A stretch of 55,825 nt of DNA from Toensbergia leucococca (lineage: Eukaryota), in the NCBI GenBank assembly GCA_022813965.1, contig JALDZS010000065.1:62001-117825 (forward strand), given 5' to 3'. Shown in pieces: positions 44,620 through 55,825 of this stretch. Positions within the stretch are counted from its first letter, which is position 1, and the number at the start of each line of letters is the position of its first letter. Below the pieces are notes generated by a model. The model worked only from the letters and a program-made list of their open reading frames with translations. It searched no databases and was not told where the DNA came from. Position numbers and translations under genes: made by a program.

Positions 44620-47600
44620 ATTTCTGAGACCTCTGAAATGACCTGTTCAAATTTGAATTGTTCAGATTGAAGCAATTATGACAACCATCTTTGAAATTGT
44701 AAGATTCACAGTTCTAATAATTTTTGCTTCATATCTTCAATTGATGATTCGAAAATTCCTAGTTATCATTGCTTTTATTATCGCCTGATTATCTCCATCA
44801 AGATTGACAACGCAAGATATCAAATGAGAACAAGTTGATAAAACGTCCTACGTATGAATATTAGCAAGGAGATGACGCGGGTAGACCTCCTTCGTCAAAC
44901 TTGTGAGGACAAATCTCGTTATGATGCAGCAGGTGTACGCTCAAAAGTGACTTTCACAAAATGATCATTGAGGTGATTGAGTCGTGCAAATGAAACCCAC
45001 ATTCGAGCAACCAGGACCTAGAAATCCTAAGCACTCTCGTTCAAACGGTACAGTCCACGGCTCAGGTACATCATTGCAATACGTATTGTCTGAAGCGTTG
45101 GCTGCACATTGAGGAGTTTGTAGAAACCTGATTATAATTGTCAATAGTCTCCTTTTGATGGCTTTGCCATTCATATGGTTCTCTTTACCACTGCGGTAAC
45201 TATTCGTTGAGATTGAACGCATTATTCCAACAATCTGGATTGAAATCACTCCCGCTGTCCAAAAAAATCAAAGCTTCCGACAACCTAGGCGAGCCAGACC
45301 CATCGTTTGGGAGATTCGCAACGGGGAGCAATTCTCCCCCCGCAGCTTGGGGACTAGTACCATTAGGTTCTCCAGGGTTAGTGATTTCACCTTGACCAGC
45401 GGCATTACTTGACCGTGTAGTCATAGTGCTGTTGCCTGGCAAAATGGAGAAGATTGTGGAGGTGAAAAAGTCTTCTCCATCACGGACTATTTCAAAGTAC
45501 TGGCTCTGTTAGTTGAGGATATCCATGAGACGATTGGAAATCAAAGACTCACGGATTTAGATTAAGTAGCAAAAGTAAGATGCACCAAGGCAGTACTAAT
45601 TGATCCCTCTCTAGGGACTGTAAAATTAATATGGGCTATTCTATGTGTTAATCAGATGATACCCTAAAGCATTTTAGGTCTACCCCACAAGAAGCTGTCC
45701 AGCAGTAGAGCTGCAAGTAAGCAGTCGTATAAGGACTTGAGTAGGTGATATGGACGCTATCGCAATCTCGATATACATCAGCAGCGGTGTTGTTTCGATG
45801 GATAAATTAAGCTGCAAAAGGTGCACTCATGAAAAGGCACAAGCAAAGACTTGAAAACATCTTTGCCCTTGCCATAGTGTACAATCGATCAATAAGACTG
45901 GCGTGAATCACGAACGTCGATGGACCTACGAGATAGCTGGGGGACTCTCTTTTTGAATGAGAAACACCATGGCTCTTGAGTACTTTTATATCATGAGACT
46001 GAAATTATTTGCACTTAATACATCCGAATTGCTTATCGCCAAAGGGACGCATTCAAGCGCGATCAAATCAGGAAACGTTCAAAGACTGGTAGTCACGGGT
46101 AAAGTGATGAGGCATGATTGCTCAAAAAGTAGCTGCAATGATACTGAGAAGCCCCTTTGCCAAAACCCTAGTGACAAGCGTGGATATTTCATTTTTGCGC
46201 AAATGCGAGACCATTAGGCGTTCCTGAAAGTCAGCATTCGAGAATGGCTCTCGTGGCTACAGCAAGCCAATGAGCCAAATCTAATAGTATGATCAATTCA
46301 ACAACCCCAGTCAGCTGACATGCGGCTGGAACCTGCGTGGATGACATTAAGTTCCGACAAGGAGGTGTTCGCTTGGGACCAGAAGGTCATCAGATCAGCT
46401 GCATAATCAGCGGCGTTCTGCAGTAGGAGAGGCGCTCCTCGGAGTCTCTGCGTCCTCTTGATAGAAGCGCAAGCCTAGGATGTTTTGTTCTGAGGCTGTG
46501 GGGAGATCTCGATTTCGAGGGACAACGATATAAACCCGTAGCTAAACAGAAGCGCAGTGTTCCACCTCTGAGTCTTCGTCGCGTACGGGGAAGCGAGCTG
46601 GCAATCAAGCACAGTCATAAGCTTCTCTTAGCCCTCGGATGGAATGCCGCAACATCCTAACATACATTTGGCGTGGCTGAATCGTGAAATCTCGGTAACA
46701 GCAATTGAATTCATAGTGCGGATCAATTTGATAGCAAGAGTGGTGAGTTCGAAGATTATTGACTATGAGTAGAACCCTCGAGATGAGACAAGAGGCATAA
46801 AGCCGTGTTGAAGCTCATGATCAAAACATGTAGCCGAAAGCATGTACTGGCATTGATATTAACACTTGAACGCGCCTTACCGGAGTTGCTAGGTTGGGGA
46901 ATGAATCCATCACCAACAGCCATTGGGAGCCTGCAAAAACCTATACGCTTGCCTGGTATCATTGTGTATTTGGATCACAATCAGTACCAGCAACAAGCTA
47001 TGTCTTTTGGTCTTCTAGCATGGGCTGACGGGGCTGCAAGGTCGAAATTTCTCGACGACCAATGCGAATTGCCGTTTTGCCATTCCAGGGTGAATCATGA
47101 GGAGGATCGATCTAATCACGAAGACCTGTATTGCTTGTTTTTAGAAAGTCAAAAATCCGGCAAAGCAGCGAATGTCAAGATTTGCCCATGTGGATAATAT
47201 CCGTACGCTACAACGCGCTCTCCATGAACAGAATAGATTTTTGGAATGGACATTAGGATTGAAGCGCCGAGTATCACAACGACCAGCACGACGACTAGCA
47301 CCATCCGGGAGTGGCTACAAAGGCGGCAGGAAGCCTCGGCTGACTCTATGGAGGCTGTCAGGTTTGTAGCAGGAGGGGAGCAATCAGATGATGATCTCTT
47401 GACTGACAGGCCTAGACAATATGGGTAGCAATGCTTGATGCTACCAAGACAAAATCTAAGGTGCAACATAGACTCTCCTTGGGCGCCCGTTTGAGGAAGA
47501 ACGAGGCAGACTTAAGAGACAAACGCCCTCGGGCACGGTTAAGTGATAGGCTATCATTGTCAAAGCCCTGCTTGATTGAATTCTTCGATTGCGGGAAACG

Positions 47601-48186
47601 AGAACCACGGGCGTTTTGGGGCGATGCAGCGCTGGCTAGGCAAATTTCTCCCAGTCTGCCTCCAAATAATTATTCAGCACATAGGACACTGTGAAATTCG
47701 TATTATTATGTAGGTCGGCTGATTACCGTGTGCGTAGTAGAATAGCGCTGTACATACAGAAGTATTTTATTCAGTGCTGTGCGCCCCGTGTGGTACGTAT
47801 CTTTTCTATCATCACTCTCGAAGTAACGCAGAAATGGATATGGCGGAAATGGAAAACAACCTTACACGTGTGATGGTATTTTTGTACTTGTACTCGTATC
47901 CGTACGAGCAAACTTAGGGTAAAGCCTTCCGAGTGACGTTTTTAAAAAAAGGACCTTATGTATGTTCCATCGCGCAGGGTGAAATATCTTCCTCGTCCTC
48001 AAACACATCCACCATCTGCTAGATAAGATTAAATCAGACCTTTTGTATCACCACGGCAGACAACGCCTTCGACAAAAAGCCAGAAAGCCGATTTAGCTTC
48101 TATCGTCCGCTCCCTTAGCCAACATAGGTCGAAGACGTAGGGAGAGGCATCAACAGCTTGCCACGAGAATATCCCGATGGGCTAAG

Positions 48187-49503
48187 ATGGGCCAGGAAAG
48201 TTCAGCACTAGTCGACGAGCATACACCACCTCGACGACTCAAAGCTCGGTCGTTAGATGCTGTGGTCAAATACATCAAAGATGGCCACGCAAGAAATATT
48301 GTGGTCATGGTAAGCTTCTCATCCAGAGACTCTAGCTAAGACAGTATGTGGAACTAACGCATCTGGTAGACTGGGGCTGGTATCAGCACCTCTGCTGGTA
48401 TCCCTGACTTCCGCTCTCCTACTACTGGATTATACGCCAACCTGGCAAGACTGAACCTGCCTTACGCAGAAGCAGTCTTTGACATCTCCTACTTTCGGAC
48501 CAACCCAGAACCGTTCTACGCCCTCGCACATGAGATCTATCCTGGCAAATATCGACCTACTATCTCACACTCCTTCGTGCGATTGCTCTTTGAAAAGGGA
48601 TTATTACTCAAAGTTTTTACCCAAAATATAGATTGCCTAGAGCGAGAAGCAGGCGTTCCGGATGATAAGATTGTGGAAGCTCATGGGAGTTTTGCTCGAC
48701 AATGTTGCATCGAATGCAAGACACCCTATCCTCATGACCTGATGAAGGAGGCGATAGAAAAGAGGAATGTCCCTCACTGCCTCACACCTCAATGTAACGG
48801 CTTGGTCAAACCTGAAATTGTTTTCTTTGGTGAAGGCTTGCCAGAAGAATTTCACAAAAATAGAGCACTACCAACTGCCGCAGACTTGTGCATAGTGATG
48901 GGTACCAGTCTGTCTGTCCAGCCATTTGCAAGTCTGCCTGACTTTTGCTCAGAGGGGGTGCCCAGAGTGCTGCTTAATTTGGAGCATGTCGGTAGTCTGG
49001 GCTCGCGTCCTGATGACGTTCTTCTTCTTGGAGACTGTGATGCTGGAGTACGAAAGCTTGCGTCAGCTCTTGGATGGCTCGAAGAGCTCGAGGCGGTTTG
49101 GATCCAAACCAGTCCTGATGATGGCACAAAGCAGGGAGAGACGACTCCAATTAAGTCGAAAGACGAAATCCTTGAGGATGAGATTGCCAAATTAACTAAA
49201 GAAGTTGACAAGTCCCTGCAGATATCAAGCATTCATACTGCTTCGCTTCGTGACGATTTGTCAGAGATCCAAAAGAAACGACTCCACGCTAATGCGATCA
49301 AGGGTACAGATAGCTCTGGTGGCTCTTCCCACTCATACCCATCAGACGTGACGATATCGAGTTCCACAGATCAGAAGAAACCTGCAGTGGATGATTTGCA
49401 AATCTCTCGGTCAAAGGAACGCACTGCTACTGATGTAGGAGAAAGCAAAGGGTCTTTACTGGAACATGTCTTGTCACACAACGAAGGCAAATCTTCCCTC
49501 TAA
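48187..49503 (+). CDS. HST2: NAD-dependent deacetylase, class I sirtuin (Hst2/SIRT2 type)
   Basis: Exons 48187-48309 and 48370-49503. Motifs GAGISTSAGIPDFRS, TQNID, EAHGSF, CIEC...CLTPQC, VKPEIVFFGE, GTSL. N-terminal MGQESS. Confidence 0.92.
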
Positions 49504-50105
49504 GAAACAAATATCTATCCTTCTCGCGGCCAATTTCATGGGCATATGAGAACAACGAAAGGCACGCGTGAAATTTATGCATGATGAATCACGACTGTTC
49601 ATTTTGCGCAGATTGTTAGATAGCACGCTGATCGTATAAAGCTTAAGAGGTTCTCAAGCTGCCATTATGGCATAACATTTTTATAACATGGCGCTATATC
49701 GTCTATTTCTGGCCTCTTCCCTACTCACATGGCAATTATATCTTCTCTTCTCGAGCGCGATCTCTCAAGATTATCGTCGAACAGCCTCTGAAGCCGATTT
49801 ACTCTCTCTACGTTGTGCTAGGACTTTTTGAAAGCATATCTAATCTTCGTCAGACTCGTTGGGTTGCTCTTGCCATTTCCATTGCACACAAGCTTAATCT
49901 AGGTAGTCTAGATCCCCATGCCTAGGTCTGTCAACATTTATGTCTTTACGAGGGTCATGCCATCCACTCACCACAACACCGACCTTCCCATCCTATTCTT
50001 TCAACTGCATCTGACTATTGTCATCCGTTTAAATGCCGTATAGATACAAGACATCGATATTGGTACAAACAATAGAGCCTCGAGCTGCTACATTTACTTT
50101 GCAGC

Positions 50106-53100
50106 ATGTTGAAAGGGCAGAAAAGAAAGGGACGCTGGGGCTCTGTGAGTGTCTTTGGCTCAAGAGCTGCCAAGAAAGTACCAGTCGTTGAGCTGGTGAT
50201 CTGTTCCACGAAAGATAGGGGTCCCAATCAGCTTGCTGTACCCGAATCCTTGGACGGATGTAGTACAGAGGACGGTTACCCGAGCTCAGGTCCTGCAGCG
50301 AAACTACGACGCAAAGGTTCCAAATTACTTTCTATTATAGGGTTTCAACGTCGTACTGGTAAGCACTATGTCCGCTTAGGTGGGTGTAATCTGACGGGTT
50401 TCCAGACACTCGAATAACTCAGAGCTCTTCGAATACTCCAAGCGAACGAGATGTTGCTCTTGCCATAGCTAGGGACGCTGCTAAACCTTCAGCCCCAAGT
50501 AAAGTCCGCCGAGGTTTTCTTGGAGATCTCAAGTCATTGCACATACCTATAGGGAAAACACTAGTCACTTCTGCCGCAGAAGATCCTTCTTACCCACTTC
50601 CTCCGCATGACGCACTCCATACGACTCGCATACCAATTGTCGATGATTCCAAACGCTCGTACGACCTGACTCAATCTCAAATGAACTCTGTTGAGTCTCA
50701 GACCAAAAGGAAGGATTCTGCAGGTCTTCGAGATAGCAGGCCAGTCTCGAATTTGGCTCATCAGCTTTCGCACAAGCTCTCCACGACATTTGGGAATCCT
50801 ACTGTTGTTCACAGACCTAGTTTACGCATGAGACCCAGTCTCCAGTCATTCCATGACGATGCAGCAGCAGTCGCTGCTACAGCTGGCACACCTAAACCAG
50901 AGACCGGTCCACAAGATGATACTGATCCATCCAGCTACAAATATGACAGCAGTAGGTCTCCCGGCGACAGATCCACTGGAAAAACATCTCTGTTTTCGAA
51001 TATAACCTCTCCAGCATCTGCCAGTGGCAGAGATCGCGTAGAAAGACCCATAGCTCAGCAAAGCACCATGGAAGACATGCTTCGTGAAAAGCGTCTCACT
51101 CCTATCGAGGAAGCTCCGATACTCGCGTCGCCTACGGTGGTTACAGTAGAAACCACTGCAAACGCTAAGATATTCTTCGAGACCCATTTCAATTCTCTCC
51201 TATCTCAACGTGCCAGCCCGCGCTCACAACGTCGAAACGAGTTGGAGCTACGGCTTCAAAAAGAGCCTCTGTCTGCCGAGCAATGTCAAGAGGAGCGGCA
51301 TGCATGGGCGGCTCAGGAGACTGAGCACCTTCGGCAAAGCCGTGTGCTGAAGAGTAGGACCAACGGATCAATTGGAAGCACCGGTGTTTCTGTAGCTGGT
51401 TATGAAGTCGTGAGAATATTGGGCAAAGGTAGTTTTGGTGTGGTGAGGCTTGTTCGGGAGAAAGAGAACGGGCGTCGCGTTCTTTCTACCAACAGCTCAA
51501 ACCTAACCAATACTCCAAAGACTGCATTTGAAGCCTTCAAGGCAACCATAGACATTCCACGAGGATCAGGGCGAAGAGAATCAGGAAAGCCCCCCAAGGA
51601 AGTCTTTGCTATGAAGGTTATTCGCAAGTCGGACATGCTCCGAAATTGTCAAGAAGGCCATCTGCGGGCCGAACGAGACTTTCTAGTGGCGTCTGAAAGG
51701 TCAAAGTGGATCGTGCCGCTAATGGCAAGCTTTCAAGATAGTACCAATCTATACCTGGTCATGGAGTACATGGTCGGTGGGGACTTCTTGGGTCTCTTAC
51801 TTCGCAAGGACATATTGAAGGAGAAGAAGGCAAGATGGTACATTGCAGAGATGATTCTCTGCGTCGAGGAAGCTCATAAACTCAAATGGATTCATCGAGA
51901 TGTAAAGCCCGACAACTTTCTGATTTCCGCATCCGGGCATCTCAAGATATCCGATTTTGGGCTTGCGTTTGATGGCCACTGGGCTCATGATCAAAGCTAC
52001 TTCTACAACCAGAGAAATTCATTGATGGAAAAGCTCGGGATCCGAGTTCAGGGCGACTCAATTGACCGTAAAGAAGGAATCTCCATTGCAGCGGGCATGA
52101 ATCTGGCCAATGTCATGATGGAACGGAAAGAACGGCATGAAAAACCGCAGGTCGACGGCCCCGGCGAGAAGGAAGGAATACTCCAGTGGCGCAACCAGCA
52201 CGGTAGGAGGAAGCTTGCTAAGAGTGTGGTTGGTACTAGTCAGTATATGGCTCCGGAGGTAATTCGTGGTGAGTTGTATGATGGTCGTTGCGATTGGTGG
52301 AGCATTGGCATCATATTATATGAGGTGTGGAAGCTCCCTCTCTTTTAAGGCGTCTCTATGCTAAAGTCAGGCTGGCAGTGTTTATATGGCTACACGCCCT
52401 TTGTATGTGAGAATCGACAAGACACCAAGCGCAAGATCTTGGTGAGTTCTTCCTCGACGAGTGCTTTTATTGATAATTAGCCAGACTGATGGATTCTAGG
52501 AAAACGCGACGAGTCTGAAATTTCCACCGGAAAAGGATAATGACAGCAAAGACAGAATATCGCATGATGCCATGGACCTCATCAATAGCATCCTCCAGGA
52601 GAAAGAATTTCGTCTCTGCTCAAAATTGTATATGCGTAACGACTATCAGCATTCGAAAACGCTTCCAGGCTGGCTAGTGCATGTGCCGGCAGACAAGCAA
52701 GCTCGAGACTACCAGGGTCACTACGTCTATCCCGACGATGCAGCGGATATCAAGGCTCATCCATTCTTCGATGGTCTCTGCTGGGATCGCCTGCATCTCT
52801 CTAGACCTCCATTTGTTCCAGACGTCAAAAGCAAGGAAGACACAAAGTATTTTGATGATGAAGAAGGCGCAGTAAGCGAAGTGGATGACGCATCCAGCCA
52901 CTCCAGCGCACATGACGCAGCAGATATTCAGATATATGAGGATGCCGTTGCGGCAACTCACGCAAAGCAGATGGACGGCCCTCAAGGACAGCAGATGGGA
53001 GGTGGCTTGAATGACAATAATGACCTGATCATAGAAGATCTTACAGCGGTGGAAGCTGCTTCAAAGGCGTACGATGCGAAAGGGAAAGTAAAGAAGGCGA

Positions 53101-53267
53101 AGGAGAAGAAAAGGCCCCGGGATCGAGTATTGCGGGACAAGGAGGTGGGAAAGCAGGTGCTTGAGTTGAGGAAGAAGGGTGCATTCCTAGGCTATACATA
53201 TCGCAGGCCTCGGGGTAGGGTCGGTGAGGAGAATAGAGGAAGGGAGAGTGTTTCTGGTTGGAGCTGA
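50106..53267 (+). CDS. AGC/NDR-family Ser/Thr kinase (divergent Cbk1/Cot1-like paralogue)
   Basis: Exons 50106-50358, 50406-52324, 52379-52441 and 52500-53267 splice in frame; the start is uncertain. NDR N-terminal regulatory segment (ETEHLRQSR), GKGSFG, HLRAERDFL, HRDVKPDN, DFG, long activation-segment insert, SVVGTSQYMAPE, hydrophobic motif FLGYTY. Confidence 0.88.
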
Positions 53268-54013
53268 GTACTGCTGTCTGGTTCTTGATGTAAAAACTAG
53301 TGCTGCTACTTGGAAGGATTAGAGGAGTACTTGATCGGGACCAGTGTTGAAGTTAGTCTTCCCTCAGCCCATTTTACATGTTTTGGGGGGGGGGGGTTGT
53401 ATTTTTAGCCTAGCAGAGGACTTGTCTACAGTGTTGGGAGAAGGGGAAGCAAGTTAACAGCGTTTGTAGTCTTCAGCTTCTTTCCCCGGTCGCTCCACTT
53501 GACCAATCACATTCACATTCACTGTGCCTAGTTGAAAGTATTTAATGTTGCTGCTCTCACACTCGGATCATTTCCCCCTTTTAAGGAAAAACAGAAAATA
53601 TCATGTTCAGCCGCACTCTATTCCAGTCTAAGTCTAAGTTACCAAGGCCAGGCTCCCGAGGCAGGAGGCAGGTGAACTATTATCCATACAGTCTTTACTC
53701 CGTACCGCCTACCTACCTGCTTGAAAGCTTCCGACTCACTCATTACCTACCACCGACACCATGGACCACTATATTGGACACACACAACGGGTACTCTACA
53801 CGGTGCTGGCCCGTGGCGGCTGATCTCTCCGATAATTATATTCTACACCAACCACAACAACCACTCCGCCATAAATGTTCCTCCGCAGCACGGCCACGAA
53901 AGAGATAAATATATAACTCAGGAACGTCCGCCAACAATTTCCTTTCTTTGACAATTCCCACCACCCCTTCCCCAACCCAAGGAACTCCCCCCTCCTCAGC
54001 CCCACCGCCAAAC

Positions 54014-54901
54014 ATGTTCACCCCACCCCCGAAACCAACCGTCATCCTCGTCCCTGGCGCCTGGCACACCCCCGCCTGCTACGCCCCGCTCATAACTCAC
54101 CTCCAAACGCATTCCTACCACACCCTCGCCCTCACCCTTCCTTCCACCCAGATCCTGCCCCCGCTCCCCTCCTTCGACGAAGACGTGCGTACCATTCGGG
54201 ATGCGGTCATTGCGGAGCGAGATGCGGGAAGAGATGTCGTGGTAGTCTTGCACTCGTACGGCGGCATACCGGGCAGCGAGGCCGTGAGGGGGCTGATTAA
54301 AAAAGACGGTGAGAAAAGCGGCGTGGTGGCCATGGTGTATATTGCCGCGTTCGCCCTCCAAGTAGGACAGAATTTGTGGGAGGCTATTGGGGGGGCAAAG
54401 CCGGACTGGTGGGATGATTGCGGGGTGAGTCATTATTTCCCGCTACTCATCACTTGCTTCTTGCCTGGACAGATCCGGCGAAACATATGCACCCGCCACT
54501 GGGCGGGAAAAAACCGATCAAAAGAACTACGTTGAAATCTAACCCAGGACCGCGGCGTCCTCGCCCAAAACGCTGGCCAAATTTTCTATAATGACCTTCC
54601 CCCCGTCGAAGCCGTCCACTGGGTTTCCCAGCTCACGCATATGGCTTTTGGGAGTTTCAAATCAGTACAAACCTATGTGCCGTACGCGGATGTGCCGTGC
54701 TCGTATTTGGTGTGCGAGGCCGATAACGCCGTTCCGGTGATGGCGCAGGAGGGTATGATTCAGGCTGCCGGGAAGGTTGAGGACGGCGGATTTGGGGAAG
54801 TGCGGAGGTGTGGGGCGGGGCACAGTCCTTTTCTGAGTCAGGTGGAGCTTGTGGGGGTTTTTGTGAGAGAGGCGGCGGGGGAGGAGGCGGTGGAGGTGTG
54901 A
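54014..54901 (+). CDS. Alpha/beta-fold hydrolase (methylesterase/Abhydrolase_6-like)
   Basis: Exons 54014-54424 and 54548-54901. VILVPGAWH oxyanion loop, nucleophile elbow LHSYGG, acid residue in EADNAV, His in GHSPFLS. Confidence 0.85.
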
Positions 54902-55041
54902 GGGAAGGAAAGGTGAAGGTTGTAGGAGATTATAGCGGCGCTAGGTGTGGGAGGTCTGGGTGAGAGCTGAGGTCCCCTCGAGCGTGTTTTCGTGGATCCG
55001 AGACGCTTTTGCTCTGAGAAATTTGAGGCTGATTTACTGGA

Positions 55042-55104
55042 CTTTTTGCTTCCCGTCTTCTGTTTTCCCTTGTAGATGGAGAAGCTTTTTGCTTCCCGTC
55101 TTCT
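55042..55104 (+). repeat. Perfect 20-bp direct repeat CTTTTTGCTTCCCGTCTTCT
   Basis: Copies at 55042-55061 and 55085-55104. Confidence 0.9.
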
Positions 55105-55241
55105 AGTTTTCTAGAATCCTTATCAGTACACAATATATACCCCGTCTATCCCTCTCCAATCTTTTACATGTTATACAATATACACCCGACCTTCCCAATG
55201 CACCCCTCGTCAGTATCTAACACTACCCGCTCCACGAGTAT

Positions 55242-55640
55242 TCATCCCACCCACCCTACAACCCACGTAACCACCATCCCCACTCCCATCACAATCCCCA
55301 CCCCAACTCCCCTCCGCCCCACACCACTCTTCGCCCCCGCCTTCCGCTGATACAACGTAAGCCTGCCCCCCCCCCAAAGACCCAATCAGCGCCCCCTCTC
55401 CTCAAAACCAAACACCCCCCCAAAGAAGAAAAAAAAAAGAAAAACTCACCTCAACGGCCCGCCACAAATCTCCGCCGCATTCCCCTCGCACGCCAGGCTG
55501 CAATTGCCATCGGCCAGTTTTGTGGACTGGGCGTTGAGGTAGGGGGCGCACCAGCATTCGCGGGAGTATTCGAGGCCGGCGTAGGTGGTTGGGCTGCAGA
55601 GGGAGAGGCAGTATTCTACCGTCATTGTTGTGGAGGTGTT
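55242..55640 (-). CDS. WSC-domain cell-surface protein, 3' exons (gene starts beyond the window)
   Basis: The exon from 55640 reads TMTVEYCLSLCSPTTYAGLEYSRECWC...CSLACEGNAAEICGGPLR. After an intron: LTLYQ... and a hydrophobic tail (GIVMGVGMVVTWVVGWVG*), consistent with a GPI or TM anchor. Confidence 0.85.
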
Positions 55641-55825
55641 CTGTTTTTTTTTTTTTTAGAAAAAGGAACCCGTGGGGTGTTTGGTTCGCTTTGCGTGGGG
55701 GGGGGGGTTTTTTGGGGGGGGGGGGGATGGGAGTAAGGTGCGGAGGAGTGTGTTGAGGTATCGGGAGAAGGTGGATGATTTTGATTTGTTGTGATTTTTG
55801 GGGGGACACTTTTGATTTTCGTGGG

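Noticed and set aside
20971..53267. Apparent cell-cycle gene cluster (SLD5, CDC25, BUB1, NDR kinase)
   Set aside because: The genes are spread over 30 kb among unrelated genes, compatible with ordinary gene order in a core region.

Overview
Gene-dense eukaryotic DNA from a filamentous ascomycete (Pezizomycotina), judged from short GT-AG introns with CTRAY branch sites and fungal core genes. I can support 20 protein-coding genes, two cut by the window edges. In order: DOA4-like deubiquitinase (partial), VPS27, KEL3, RPA135, ARL8, an RCR-family membrane protein, an orphan low-complexity protein, SLD5, CDC25, POL5, pyroglutamyl peptidase I, a But2-domain secreted protein, an uncharacterised 665-aa SP/TP-rich protein, BUB1/MAD3, COG4, an Hst2-type sirtuin, a divergent NDR-family kinase, an alpha/beta hydrolase and a WSC-domain protein (partial). 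I found no rRNA, tRNA, CRISPR array or intact transposon. The best signals are outside the ORF track: an isolated, uninterrupted ~61-codon threonine aldolase (GLY1) fragment fused to a decayed gene; a disrupted Zn(II)2Cys6 transcription-factor relic beside a tandem array of PacC-consensus sites; a dense MCB/SCB cluster upstream of the 665-aa gene; a candidate structured RNA between VPS27 and KEL3; a coiled-coil frame broken by TAG stops; and oscillating C/G strand skew at gene 3' ends. I see no clearly new multi-gene system; these are candidates. All homology calls come from motif recognition by eye, not database searches.
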